DNA of 64,000 nucleotides. It comes from a virus. Lineage: Duplodnaviria; Heunggongvirae; Uroviricota; Caudoviricetes. Position 1 is the first letter of the stretch. Every line of letters begins with the position of its first letter. The translations under genes were made by a program, and so were the position numbers. The notes beneath the pieces were generated by a model, which saw nothing but the letters and a program-made list of their open reading frames with translations, did not search any database and was not told the origin of the DNA. Below are positions 25,543 through 35,461 of this stretch, one piece after another. The DNA lies in IMG/VR virus record IMGVR_UViG_3300027917_000030. One strand, given 5' to 3'.

Positions 25543-26377
25543 AGTTTTCCCTTTCTATTTTGCGATCTTGGTTTACAACACTTAAGTTTTCTTTTACATT
25601 AAGCCGTGTTGTAAAAGTGTTTCTAATACTAAACTCCACCCCATGAGATGCTAGGGGCATGCGTAGCAGGACATTTTGTGCATAATTCATAACTGCCGTT
25701 GCAGCCGTAGCGTTTGTCATCATATTCTGTGGAGCAGAAATTGCACGCTCAGCGCAACTCAACTCTGAGTTAAACTTTGATTTATCTGCAAGAATTTCTG
25801 GATAGACTTCGGTGACAACAGGAAGACTAAAGATTCCCTCGGTTTTATCAGAGTCCCGATGTATATTAATGGCTGGGCCATAGTATGTAAGCATTGGTGG
25901 TGCATAGCCACATATAACTTGTCCGTTACACTCTTCATTTCCAGAATCAATCCAAAAAACTGCCTGTGATTGTGGCTTGGTGAAGAATGTTTTATGGATT
26001 AATTTCCTGGACGCATTATTATCAACACATCCAATAATTAAAATAGATTCTCCAGAGAACTTTGGAAAGTCTGAGGCCTTTTCAATATTGTTTGTGATTG
26101 CCGAAACTGATAACCCGAAAGCCGCTGCATACCTTTCCGCCAAAACTTCAGCCTTATTTTTCCCAATATCTCGAGAAATGAAATTTTGTCTAATTAAATT
26201 CTTTTCTTCGACAACATCCCCATCGGCTATAGTAAGATCGGCGATATGCTTTGTGCTAAGAAACCTTGCCAGGTGCCCAATAACAAATGTACCAGTACCT
26301 CCGCAACCTAAAACGAGAACATTCCTTATTGTTGGGTAACCCTTAAGAGTAAAAATTCGTGGTAAACCTTTAATCAT
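25526..26377 (-). CDS. ThiF/MoeB/E1-like adenylyltransferase
   Basis: NVLVLGCGGTGTFVIGHLARF (Rossmann), DGDVVEEKNLIRQNF (the D..E.NL.RQ motif of E1/MoeB), IIGCVDNNASR, and candidate catalytic Cys in NEECNGQVICGY. Confidence 0.75.
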   Translation of the reverse strand: MIKGLPRIFTLKGYPTIRNVLVLGCGGTGTFVIGHLARFLSTKHIADLTIADGDVVEEKNLIRQNFISRDIGKNKAEVLAERYAAAFGLSVSAITNNIEKASDFPKFSGESILIIGCVDNNASRKLIHKTFFTKPQSQAVFWIDSGNEECNGQVICGYAPPMLTYYGPAINIHRDSDKTEGIFSLPVVTEVYPEILADKSKFNSELSCAERAISAPQNMMTNATAATAVMNYAQNVLLRMPLASHGVEFSIRNTFTTRLNVKENLSVVNQDRKIERENYGSNR

Positions 26378-26379
26378 GG

Positions 26380-27408
26380 TTAAAACCTTTTATCTCTCCA
26401 GTTGGTAGTACAGGAAAAATAATCATCACTATCGTCATCGTCATCATCGTCTGGCGTGTGATGATTGCCATCTTCATCTATATAGAACAACTTTTCTCCA
26501 TCCTGAATGAACCACTTTTTATCCCCTTCTTCGAGATAATATTCCCCCTCTTCTGGTACAAAAGCATCATTCGGATATAGATAATCACCACTCAGAAACT
26601 TAGCCACCTCAGAGGGATTTGGTTCCTCCAAGACATGCTGCATTTGTTTTTCAAATAAAGGAAGTTGAGAATGAAAGCGTGAACCAGGAAAAGCAGAGGA
26701 TTTAAATGTCCTAATCTTTTGTTTCTTAACTTTGCGCAACCATTCTTTTGGAAAATCATCACAAAGTTCATTTTCCACATCGAAGATTTCGTCTACATCA
26801 ACTTCGATCTTATGACCACCAATCGAAAGTCTCAACTTGATCTCAGGATAGAACTGTCCGATTTTCCCGACAACACCAAAGAATCTATCATCCTTCTCGT
26901 CGCCATCATCTGTTCCAGAAAAGAATGCTGACATGCCACCGTGGCTATGCATTTCCAGTACTAAGATTTTTTCCGGACTCTCAAAAGATCTGGTGTTTTC
27001 ATATGATACAGAACCCCCAGACACTTTTTGTTTTGGGCAGTTTAAAATATATTCTTCGGCCTTTGTATCATAAAAGAACTGGACATGTGCCTCGCTCTGG
27101 TGTTTCTTATAGATTGCTCTGAAAAATGAAAGTGTTGTCTTTAGTAAGCGTGATGGAACGAGCGGGACATCAAGTTCCCATCCCTCTTCCATGTTAGAAG
27201 GGAGTCCGGGAATTCTGGTTTCTGCCTGATGAATATAGAATGTGCCAATCTTGTTCTTCCTAATCTGCCAGACACCATCTCCCTGCATCAAATATAAAAC
27301 CTTCTTTTTAGAATCTTTTGGAAGTTCCCCAATGTGATGATCAACCAGCATTTTCTGTAACGCAAGTTCCGATACTTCACTTTTTTGCAACGCAAGTTTC
27401 TTACTCAT
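26380..27408 (-). CDS. JAB/JAMM-family metallopeptidase (deubiquitinase-like) with acidic C-terminal tail
   Basis: EMHSHGGMSAFFSGTDDGDE fits HxHx7Sx2D exactly. A conserved Glu lies upstream. The C-terminal tail is DDDDDDSDDYF. Confidence 0.75.
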   Translation of the reverse strand: MSKKLALQKSEVSELALQKMLVDHHIGELPKDSKKKVLYLMQGDGVWQIRKNKIGTFYIHQAETRIPGLPSNMEEGWELDVPLVPSRLLKTTLSFFRAIYKKHQSEAHVQFFYDTKAEEYILNCPKQKVSGGSVSYENTRSFESPEKILVLEMHSHGGMSAFFSGTDDGDEKDDRFFGVVGKIGQFYPEIKLRLSIGGHKIEVDVDEIFDVENELCDDFPKEWLRKVKKQKIRTFKSSAFPGSRFHSQLPLFEKQMQHVLEEPNPSEVAKFLSGDYLYPNDAFVPEEGEYYLEEGDKKWFIQDGEKLFYIDEDGNHHTPDDDDDDDSDDYFSCTTNWRDKRF

Positions 27409-27409
27409 T

Positions 27410-28087
27410 TTAACGCCTCATTTCATTAAGAATTGTTTTGCCGGTTGCCGACAATGCTTCAGGAGGAAACTTTTCCACATCCTTTAAAGCCTTAACAAGA
27501 CTGCGAAATCCTCTGTGTGGTAGGTCCAGAAAATCAAAATCAACGGTGTTTGACTCAAACAAATCACCATTATATGTAGAGTCAAGAAATTGGCTGACCA
27601 ACATGGTAATAGCAAGTGGCGATTCAACTTTTTGTGGCTTCACATCACCCCAACAAACCCTGCCAGAACTACAGTTTGTATTCCCATAAGGGAATGTATA
27701 TAACGGATCCATCTCACCAAAAATTGGTCTTTTGAGAGCATGAACCGATGTGCTTATAACTTTCCTATCTTTCACTCTAAACACAAAAAGACAGGGCGGC
27801 AGAGGTAAATTATATTTTTCGGACTCATTTTTTGCATAATCATAAACCACACATACCTTCACCATAGATGGGGTCTCAACACCAACAAGATATTTTGAGG
27901 GTGTGCCGGTAAAAAACCTTGTGCCGCGAGGCAATATGCCAGTAGAAAATTGATAGGAGTTGGCCAAAGTTGATGTGAGGTCATCTACTCCAACCACTTT
28001 TTTAGCAACAGCCCCATTTTTATTTTTAATGGACATGAGTATATCTGGATTACCAGTTGTAAGTTTAAGTGTTAACACATCACTCAT
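27410..28087 (-). CDS. Hypothetical protein, possible divergent E2-like (UBC-fold) component (225 aa; start trimmed to MSDVLTL with a GGAGGG RBS)
   Basis: By position it is the gene between the candidate Ubl and the JAB/E1 genes. FPYGNTNCSSGRVCWGDV loosely resembles the HPN...C...W core of E2s. This is weak. Confidence 0.3.
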   Translation of the reverse strand: MSDVLTLKLTTGNPDILMSIKNKNGAVAKKVVGVDDLTSTLANSYQFSTGILPRGTRFFTGTPSKYLVGVETPSMVKVCVVYDYAKNESEKYNLPLPPCLFVFRVKDRKVISTSVHALKRPIFGEMDPLYTFPYGNTNCSSGRVCWGDVKPQKVESPLAITMLVSQFLDSTYNGDLFESNTVDFDFLDLPHRGFRSLVKALKDVEKFPPEALSATGKTILNEMRR

Positions 28088-28709
28088 ATTGTAGCCCTCC
28101 CATTTGCTTTGCCAGTGCCTTGTCAAATGCTGCCTGTGTAGCACTCTTCTGTCTTTTTGTTTTAGGTTTCGATCTTGCCTGTTTATCTTTCTCCGTCATT
28201 TCTGTTAACCATGGAATCAGTACATCCCATTTTTGTTTAAATTCTATCGCCGCTTGAGCCGCCTCAAAAAATCTATGTGGAGTTCTACCAGAATATCTAT
28301 CATATCTATAATAATATGTGCGGCCCGTTGTGCTAATAGATATATGTTTATTATACGAGTAAAAATGTGTTTGTAAATAGTTGTTTGTGTTAGAGCACAT
28401 TTCGTCAAAAAGTTGTCTAATTTCCTTCCCTTTCTCTGCCATATTACACTTCTGAATGGCCCCACGCAGTAGGTTAGTATGTTTGTCACTGAAGGTTACA
28501 TGTACATTGGAACCTGAAACTGAAACGGTACCCTCTGGAAAAGTTTTTGTTAGAAAGGTTTTTAACAGGCGTTTGCAACAATCAATAGCCTGAGGTGTTA
28601 GAGCATATTCGTTAGGCATTTTGCGCTTTTTGTTAACATATCCCAATTGCCTACATAGTCTAAATAACCGCAGAAAATCAATATGCAAATATTGAATTGA
28701 TCTATTCAT
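28080..28709 (-). CDS. Hypothetical protein ending ...KQMGG-LQYE (candidate Ubl-type precursor with a GG + 4-aa tail)
   Basis: 209 aa, first gene of the E2?-JAB-E1 string. It has Gly-Gly four residues from the C-terminus, as in Ubl precursors trimmed by JAB peptidases. The beta-grasp fold is not evident by eye. Confidence 0.3.
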   Translation of the reverse strand: MNRSIQYLHIDFLRLFRLCRQLGYVNKKRKMPNEYALTPQAIDCCKRLLKTFLTKTFPEGTVSVSGSNVHVTFSDKHTNLLRGAIQKCNMAEKGKEIRQLFDEMCSNTNNYLQTHFYSYNKHISISTTGRTYYYRYDRYSGRTPHRFFEAAQAAIEFKQKWDVLIPWLTEMTEKDKQARSKPKTKRQKSATQAAFDKALAKQMGGLQYE

Positions 28710-28718
28710 AACTTCCCT

Positions 28719-29042
28719 CTAAATGAAAACGCGAGAGTTGCCCTTAACCGGCGGCAAAGAATTTAAAACGGAGCGAAAGGTTTTAAGTGCAGGAAACTTT
28801 ACATCCAGTCGTTCCATCTCAGTTATAAGATTGTCTAAGTCTTCTTCCGAAATGAAATCGTCTGTGAATTCCATAGGAGATGAGATGGCTAAGATTTTCT
28901 CTAATAGTTTTAAGCCTTCCTCGTTTGCTCCGTCGATTGCAGTACACTCTTCAAAAATCTTTTTAACATTCATTACCATCTCCTTTGCCCACCTAAAGTT
29001 TTTTATTAGGTGGGTTAAACAATTAGCCCTTTGTTCCAGCAC
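28719..29042 (-). CDS. Hypothetical acidic protein (107 aa)
   Basis: ORF, no family recognised. Confidence 0.3.
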   Translation of the reverse strand: MLEQRANCLTHLIKNFRWAKEMVMNVKKIFEECTAIDGANEEGLKLLEKILAISSPMEFTDDFISEEDLDNLITEMERLDVKFPALKTFRSVLNSLPPVKGNSRVFI

Positions 29043-29217
29043 GAACCATGAAGTTTACAGATCCGTCCTCTTGCTCTTCAGCAACTGCATTCTCCAGACC
29101 AGGAAAAACCTCCGCCCATGCTTGGCGAACAGCCTCAGGCGTCAGACTGGCAGGAGCCTCAATTTCTTCACCACCAAAACGATAGGTACGAGTATCAGTA
29201 TCCATTTGTATTCCTCC

Positions 29218-29520
29218 TTATAGGTTATTGAGTCGCTCAAGAAGAGCAACGGCACGATCAAAACCAAGTTCATCCAAGGTTGCCTTAAGCACTCTGGCGG
29301 CACCCTCAACATCTTCATCGCTGTCCTCATAGTTCAGCACAGCATTAATAGCCAGTTCAAGAGCCTCAATGGGATCGCGAGCAACCGCACCACGAGAAAC
29401 GCTGTCGGTCAACAACGTCACGCGAGCCGCATACAACGATTCCTCACCGTCATAAGACGAGCCCATTTCTACTCTCCACTCATCTGTTTCATTTAGTGTT
29501 CTCAAAAGATCTTCCATCAT
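29218..29520 (-). CDS. Hypothetical acidic protein (100 aa) in a locally GC-richer patch
   Basis: ORF. Together with the adjacent 60-aa ORF at 29023-29205 it is visibly GC-richer than the surroundings. Confidence 0.3.
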   Translation of the reverse strand: MMEDLLRTLNETDEWRVEMGSSYDGEESLYAARVTLLTDSVSRGAVARDPIEALELAINAVLNYEDSDEDVEGAARVLKATLDELGFDRAVALLERLNNL

Positions 29521-30916
29521 TTCCTCCTATTAGTTTTTTCCAGTTAAAAACTCTAACAAATACCTTTCTCCTCCATTTACGATGAGCCAACCTATAACGC
29601 TCCGCACACATAACAAATATTTCATCGTGTCTTCTATTACTTATATGTGCAACTTCATGGTATGCCACATCCTCAAGAACCTCTTTTAACTCCTTGAGTT
29701 TTTTTGACGATGTTATATCTTTACACAAAGGGTTGATCAAAATGGTAGGTAATTCTGGTTTACCCATACACAAACCACGGACTTTTTTATTGAATATAAA
29801 GCCAACACGGAAACTATATATGGGGATTTCATTTGCTACTACCACTTCAAAAATCAGGGAACTCCAGATTTTTGCTAATGATTCTGAGATCGGATCAGCC
29901 ATAAACTGTTTTATCACTTCTTTATCGAATGATTTTGACCTCCTTACTATAAACTCATACTTAAAGTTTGGAAAATTAAAAACCGATTTGTTTACATTTG
30001 CTCCCTGAATACCTCCATTAATTGGAACTTGTGAAACAGGAGTATCCCAAAGCATCAACAACGATTTGGGAACAAGAATTCTGTTGCCCCCAATTTCCTC
30101 CTGAATATCTTCATCGAAGTTTTCTGTAGCAGATATAGGGTTGATAGCCAACTCACTCAAAAATCCTTGGATCTCGCAGGAATATTTGTGATTAATGGTA
30201 TCTCTATTTGACACCAACACTTTGGTAGAATATCCATTAAGTTCTGCAATTATTTGATTTTTAAGCCTACTAGTCGTGTAACGCTTGTGCATTTCAAGAC
30301 CATTTACCCTGACACTTACATCTTTAGAAAAGGCATCACAAGTGTATATGGTGCCCCACTTAAACTGTCTCACCTTTTTTTTACTACCAAAAGCATATGA
30401 TACTTTTGATGAATTTAAGTAGATGTCAGCATCAACTTCGTTCCTTGGGAGATACTCTATGGCAGCAGTCAGGGCGGCATTAAACTCCTGCTCATTATAA
30501 AAATATATAACGCATCTAGTACCATTGTAGTATTGACTTACTTCTCTTACAGAGTACTCTGATCCTTCCCCCTCAACAAGCCAGCATTTTGTGTGAATTG
30601 CATAAGAATTCCACGCAAAGAATAATATTTCTTTCGCTTTTCCAAAGCCACCTACGGCACCTTGTTGTTTATGGGATCCTCCCAACGCCAGGAGTTTAGA
30701 TAGAATGATATCCTTATCCATTCCACAACCATCATCCTGGACTACCAACGATAGATGACTTCTACGGAACTTAAACTTAATTGTACTTGAACCCGCATCT
30801 ACAGAGTTTTGCAAAAACTCTCTTATCAATGCACGAGCCCAGAAAACATATTCACGCTTGGCTGTTTTGTTGAAGTAATCTTTAGGTATATTAACCTTTC
30901 CACGGATTATTTCCAC
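29489..30916 (-). CDS. GHKL-superfamily ATPase domain protein with C-terminal HExxH motif (475 aa)
   Basis: N-terminal EFLQNSVDAGSS (N-box) and VVQDDGCGMD (G1 box) as in histidine-kinase/Hsp90/MORC ATPases. The C-terminus has DVAYHEVAHISNRRHDE. Confidence 0.55.
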   Translation of the reverse strand: MEIIRGKVNIPKDYFNKTAKREYVFWARALIREFLQNSVDAGSSTIKFKFRRSHLSLVVQDDGCGMDKDIILSKLLALGGSHKQQGAVGGFGKAKEILFFAWNSYAIHTKCWLVEGEGSEYSVREVSQYYNGTRCVIYFYNEQEFNAALTAAIEYLPRNEVDADIYLNSSKVSYAFGSKKKVRQFKWGTIYTCDAFSKDVSVRVNGLEMHKRYTTSRLKNQIIAELNGYSTKVLVSNRDTINHKYSCEIQGFLSELAINPISATENFDEDIQEEIGGNRILVPKSLLMLWDTPVSQVPINGGIQGANVNKSVFNFPNFKYEFIVRRSKSFDKEVIKQFMADPISESLAKIWSSLIFEVVVANEIPIYSFRVGFIFNKKVRGLCMGKPELPTILINPLCKDITSSKKLKELKEVLEDVAYHEVAHISNRRHDEIFVMCAERYRLAHRKWRRKVFVRVFNWKKLIGGNDGRSFENTK

Positions 30917-30928
30917 GGAAACCTTATG

Positions 30929-31309
30929 TTACTTACCGCCCCTCGAACGACCAGGGGAGTTAGATGTGCCTTCTCTTCTTCTAATTGTTTCCCAATCAAT
31001 CCATTGTCCGGTAGATTCGTCAATAATAACAAGAGCCTGATCTCTGTTAATCCTGCGAACCGGACGACCGGTGAACCTACCACTGGCGGACCTGTTTGCT
31101 CCAGCATATTTCTTGTTATACCTCTTAAGGCTTTCTACTAAAATATGATCCCTATGAGCCTCAAGAATCTTACAACGCATAACCTGTTTGGTTTGATCGA
31201 ACTGAGATGTCTTTCTTGTTGCATAAATAATGTATGTGTGATTGCTTGTAACCACCGATTGATCAGCCATTCTCCCTCCTTTATAATTGATTTTCTTCTT
31301 CGGAAACAA
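30929..31309 (-). CDS. Hypothetical basic protein (126 aa)
   Basis: ORF, no family recognised. Confidence 0.35.
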   Translation of the reverse strand: MFPKKKINYKGGRMADQSVVTSNHTYIIYATRKTSQFDQTKQVMRCKILEAHRDHILVESLKRYNKKYAGANRSASGRFTGRPVRRINRDQALVIIDESTGQWIDWETIRRREGTSNSPGRSRGGK

Positions 31310-31583
31310 ATTTCCTTAATGTGTTAACAAACTTACCCTTTGGAATATCTTCGCGTGCGGCTATAGAAAGTTGATTATCAATGTGAAGCGCCTGCTCTTC
31401 TGTTATAACATCTAACGCCTGCATGGCAAACATCAACTTCTTAGCCGCATATACAAAACCTAGCAAAGCATTTAAGAATGTGTAATCTTCGTTACTGGGC
31501 GTATCTGTAAAACTTTTGAGGAATATTACAGTATACGCACTTGATATCTTTGATATCATTTCAGTATCTAACTTTAGTCTCAC
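31281..31583 (-). CDS. Hypothetical protein (100 aa)
   Basis: ORF, no family recognised. Confidence 0.3.
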   Translation of the reverse strand: MRLKLDTEMISKISSAYTVIFLKSFTDTPSNEDYTFLNALLGFVYAAKKLMFAMQALDVITEEQALHIDNQLSIAAREDIPKGKFVNTLRKFVSEEENQL

Positions 31584-32292
31584 GAGCCACCTCCGATGCC
31601 TTCCTGACCCTGAATCCGTGAGCTGGAAAGCCTACTATAAACTCTCTGTCCCTCCTCCAGCAAAGTGGTCCAGGATTCCCGCCACAACTAGAGCATGTTA
31701 CTTTCTCACTCAACACCGCTGGACAGATAATAATTCTCCTATCCTCAGGCGTTCGAATATCTTTTGTTGATAGATCTTCAGGCAAAGTAACAGACACTGG
31801 ACCAATTCCTAAAGAAAGGAGATAATCGGCATGAGTGGGATTATTAGCACTAAGATTAATAGTAACCCCATTATCATTACAATACCTGATAATATCTCTA
31901 TTCTCTTTCCTATCCATTGGTTTGTGCGTATAGCCAAATGGCATATCAAATGCCGATAAGGATTTTACAAGCCTTTTAACCTGTGCTGTATATATTTGCC
32001 TATTAGGTCCTGGCATATCACCGACCTGCCATAACCTAATTCTGTTTACACCACGCCTTTTAACTCTCTCAGCAACCTTTGGAATTCTTTCAACAAACTC
32101 TCTAAATGTTAGGGCACGATCATCATTGTGTGTGACCTTTTCCCAATGTAACCTTATCGGACCTCCATCTCCATAACAGCCATCATCTTTGAATGGACAA
32201 GTATCAGAACATGTCTTTCTTGAACTGGTGACAACAGGGATGGGTCCTGTCTTCTTATTAGAAGACTTCTCTGTAATGTGGTAATAGATCAT
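31561..32292 (-). CDS. Cys-rich hypothetical protein (243 aa)
   Basis: CSDTCPFKDDGCYGDGG at the N-terminus and CSSCGGNPGPLCW near the C-terminus. These are possible metal-binding clusters. Confidence 0.35.
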   Translation of the reverse strand: MIYYHITEKSSNKKTGPIPVVTSSRKTCSDTCPFKDDGCYGDGGPIRLHWEKVTHNDDRALTFREFVERIPKVAERVKRRGVNRIRLWQVGDMPGPNRQIYTAQVKRLVKSLSAFDMPFGYTHKPMDRKENRDIIRYCNDNGVTINLSANNPTHADYLLSLGIGPVSVTLPEDLSTKDIRTPEDRRIIICPAVLSEKVTCSSCGGNPGPLCWRRDREFIVGFPAHGFRVRKASEVARETKVRY

Positions 32293-32486
32293 TTCTCTCG
32301 TTTAATAAGGTAACCGCTGTTTATAATAATACCTACCAGCGACCAAGCCAATCCCAACAATGAGATATACGTTATCTCTATAGGACCAACTATAACAAAC
32401 ACAATCGCATTCATTGCGAATAATACTGCCAGGGCAATATAAGTTCTATATAAAAACGGCTGAATCTTAGAAAGGTAAGCGAGCAT
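32289..32486 (-). CDS. Small membrane protein (65 aa)
   Basis: Two hydrophobic helices. Confidence 0.3.
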   Translation of the reverse strand: MLAYLSKIQPFLYRTYIALAVLFAMNAIVFVIVGPIEITYISLLGLAWSLVGIIINSGYLIKREK

Positions 32487-32790
32487 TACATTCCATCAGA
32501 CCTTCTAATGATACTTCTTCAACACCAACATCGTCGGAAAAATTTCCTATGTTTTCCAACTTATTGAGAAATTTTTCTATTTCTCCAAGTGAATCTATAG
32601 TATGGAGGAGTTTGGTCATCCAATTTCGAGAGGTGGAAAGGTTTGAAACCTCGCCCCTCATTTCCCTAATTTGCAACAGTGCTTGCGATTCCATTTTGTG
32701 AACGCGTCGCATGTTCCTTGAAAGACCATTTTCAATTCTTTTTAGTTGTTCCTCCAATCGCTTCGTGACTACTACTAAATCATTAATCAT
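32467..32790 (-). CDS. Hypothetical helical protein (107 aa)
   Basis: ORF, no family recognised. Confidence 0.3.
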   Translation of the reverse strand: MINDLVVVTKRLEEQLKRIENGLSRNMRRVHKMESQALLQIREMRGEVSNLSTSRNWMTKLLHTIDSLGEIEKFLNKLENIGNFSDDVGVEEVSLEGLMECNARLPF

Positions 32791-32805
32791 TATTTCTTTC
32801 CTTCC

Positions 32806-33087
32806 CTAATAAAGTTTATCTGCGATAGAGGTGGGTACAACTGGTTCTGGTGGTGCAGGAAAACTGTGTTTCCAAACAGTTCTCCCACATTTTTTGTTTT
32901 TGCACTTCCATGATAGACCACCAGCAGCATCACCACACCCTCGTGCCCTCATTTCATATCCACAATACGGACAACGCTTGGCATGAACATTCATCTTCTT
33001 ACCTTCCCTTTTCTGAAATTCATTTCTCCTGGGCTTCAACTCACGCACTCTTTCCTTTCGTCTTCTGGACATATTTAAACCTTTCAA
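32806..33087 (-). CDS. Small basic zinc-ribbon protein (93 aa)
   Basis: CPYCGYEM...CGD...WKCKNKKCGR, a Cys4 ribbon. Confidence 0.45.
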   Translation of the reverse strand: MKGLNMSRRRKERVRELKPRRNEFQKREGKKMNVHAKRCPYCGYEMRARGCGDAAGGLSWKCKNKKCGRTVWKHSFPAPPEPVVPTSIADKLY

Positions 33088-33104
33088 ATCATAAGCGGCG
33101 CGGA

Positions 33105-33133
33105 ATTTTTTTCGAAAATCACGCGCACGAGTT
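33105..33133. repeat. Copy 2 of the 30-nt TTTTCGAAAA/GC-dyad motif
   Basis: ATTTTTTTCGAAAATCACGCGCACGAGTT overlapping the stop codon region of lon. Confidence 0.6.
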
Positions 33134-35452
33134 TTCTTTGTTCATTAGTAGATGGTTGCCACCACTGGAAGAAATGTCCCCTGCAGATTTCGGACTATCA
33201 TCTACCAGTAATAACTCTAATGCTTCATTAAGACTACCTACTGGTATAAATTTCATATCATCCTTTACATCAGATGGTATTTCTTCAATATCTGCAACAT
33301 TTTGTTTCGGATAAATAACCTCCTGGATACCAGCCCTATGGGCTGCCAACACCTTCTCCTTTAAACCTCCAATTGGTAAAACTCTACCACGAAGAGTAAT
33401 CTCTCCCGTCATGGCAATATTATTGCGCACAGGACGGTTGGTGAATAGGGAAAGCATCGCAGCCGCTACAGCAATGCCAGCACTTGGACCATCTTTCGGT
33501 GTTGCACCAGCAGGAAGGTGGACATGAACATCATTCTTTGATAATTGTTCCAGATCAACACCCAAATTATCTGCGTTTGATTTAATCCATGTGTGCGCAG
33601 CCTTCGCAGATTCCTGTAAGACTTTCCCCAGGTTACCAGTCAGAATAATCTCCCCTTTACCTGGAGTTAAGGATGCCTCGACAAACAATATTGAGCCACC
33701 ATTTCTGCTCCATGCTAGCCCAGCACTAAGTCCAACTTCTGGATTCTCAATAGCCCTCTCAGCATAAATCTTCGGAGCACCTAAGAACTTGGGCACCATA
33801 TCAACCTTAACAACCTTAGCAGGATCTTTACCAGATGCAGCCGTAACAGCCACTTTTCTCATAATTGTACCACATTGTCTTTCCAGGTTTCTTACTCCAG
33901 CCTCGCTCGTATATTCCTCCACTATTCTGGAAATGGCATTTGGAGAGATGGAAACTTCATAATCCTTAAGACCATACTGTTCCTTCTGCTTAGGAATAAG
34001 ATGTTTCTGAGCAATTTTTACCTTATCAAAAGGAGAGTATCCGGGTATTTCAATAATCTCCATCCTATCATACAAGGCTGGAGGAATTGGTGAAGTTTCA
34101 TTGGCGGTCATGATAAACATAACATCTGACAAATCAAATGCTGTGCCGAGAAAATTATCTGTAAACGAATTATTTTGTTCGGGATCCAATACCTCCAATA
34201 AGGCTGATGCCGGATCGCCCCGAAAGTCTTTACTAAGTTTATCGATCTCATCTAATACAAACACAGGATTACGAGAGCCAACTTTTCTAATGTTTTGGAT
34301 AATCTTGCCAGGAAGTGCTCCTACGTATGTGCGCCGATGCCCTCTAATTTCTGCCTCATCGTGTACGCCACCAAGCGATATCCGTACAAATTTTCGTCCA
34401 ACTGCTCTTGCAATACTACGGCAAATCGAGGTTTTTCCTACTCCAGGAGAACCGGTAAAACACAATATTGTTCCCATTTTTCCTGAAGAAAGTTTGCGAA
34501 CTGCCAGAAATTCAATAATGCGCTCTTTGACAGTTTTCAAACCAAAATGATCTTCGTCAAGACAAACCTGGGCTTTTTCTATATCAAGAGAGTCATCAGT
34601 CACAACATTCCACGGAAGTGATGCTAGCCATTCCACGTAATTTAGTGTAACATGAAATTCGGAACTGTGTGGAGACATCATCTTGAGTCGTCGCAGTTCC
34701 TGATTTGCCAAACTGAGGGCTTCGCTTGGAAGATTAGCACCCTCAATCATTTTTTGTAACCGCATCAACTCGCTCGCAATTGATCCATCAGAGCCCGATG
34801 GCTCAGCATCAATTGAAACTGGCGTTTGTTTTGTAAGTTCCGCCATTATAGTCAGAAGTTCTTCAAGCCTTTTGCGTGGATCTTTTATACGCAAAAGTTT
34901 CAATTTCTGTCTACCAACAATCGGAAGTTGAGAAGCAATGCTATCCAAAAAAGCAGATAAGCCCTCTGATGTTATAGGCGTGTTTTCATCGGGCGTAATT
35001 GGCGTATTTTCCGTAACCATTTCTTTTAGTTGACGGATGGAGTTACTAATATGGTCGTCAACACTAAAGGATGGCTCCTTGATAATATCGATTTCTCCAT
35101 ATAGATAGGAACTCTCGGACTCCGCATCTGTACCAACAACTTTAAGCCAGGCCCTACGAGTTCCCATAACATTCACCCGTGCCATGACAGAACCATCTTC
35201 GTTCTTCATTGGTGTGATATGTTTTATTTCTGCTTCGCTACAAATACTGTAGAAATCTTTTGCCTTGGGATCATCGACATTCTCATCCTTTTGCATAGCA
35301 ATGATAATCTTGTTACCATTGTTCTTAGCCCTTTCAATAGCCTTTAATGAGAAGGGTCGCCCTACATCAATCTCACCGAATTGATGTGGAAAGATAACAA
35401 TGTCAGGGTCCCGCATTGGAAGTAGGGGCAGCATAATTCTTTCTTGAGCCAT
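33119..35452 (-). CDS. lon: ATP-dependent Lon protease
   Basis: 777 aa. It has an N-terminal Lon substrate-binding domain, AAA+ Walker A GSPGVGKTS, a sensor/arginine finger region, and the S16 protease motif PKDGPSAGIAVAAAM with the downstream catalytic Lys. Confidence 0.9.
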   Translation of the reverse strand: MAQERIMLPLLPMRDPDIVIFPHQFGEIDVGRPFSLKAIERAKNNGNKIIIAMQKDENVDDPKAKDFYSICSEAEIKHITPMKNEDGSVMARVNVMGTRRAWLKVVGTDAESESSYLYGEIDIIKEPSFSVDDHISNSIRQLKEMVTENTPITPDENTPITSEGLSAFLDSIASQLPIVGRQKLKLLRIKDPRKRLEELLTIMAELTKQTPVSIDAEPSGSDGSIASELMRLQKMIEGANLPSEALSLANQELRRLKMMSPHSSEFHVTLNYVEWLASLPWNVVTDDSLDIEKAQVCLDEDHFGLKTVKERIIEFLAVRKLSSGKMGTILCFTGSPGVGKTSICRSIARAVGRKFVRISLGGVHDEAEIRGHRRTYVGALPGKIIQNIRKVGSRNPVFVLDEIDKLSKDFRGDPASALLEVLDPEQNNSFTDNFLGTAFDLSDVMFIMTANETSPIPPALYDRMEIIEIPGYSPFDKVKIAQKHLIPKQKEQYGLKDYEVSISPNAISRIVEEYTSEAGVRNLERQCGTIMRKVAVTAASGKDPAKVVKVDMVPKFLGAPKIYAERAIENPEVGLSAGLAWSRNGGSILFVEASLTPGKGEIILTGNLGKVLQESAKAAHTWIKSNADNLGVDLEQLSKNDVHVHLPAGATPKDGPSAGIAVAAAMLSLFTNRPVRNNIAMTGEITLRGRVLPIGGLKEKVLAAHRAGIQEVIYPKQNVADIEEIPSDVKDDMKFIPVGSLNEALELLLVDDSPKSAGDISSSGGNHLLMNKENSCA

Positions 35453-35461
35453 AAATCTCTC

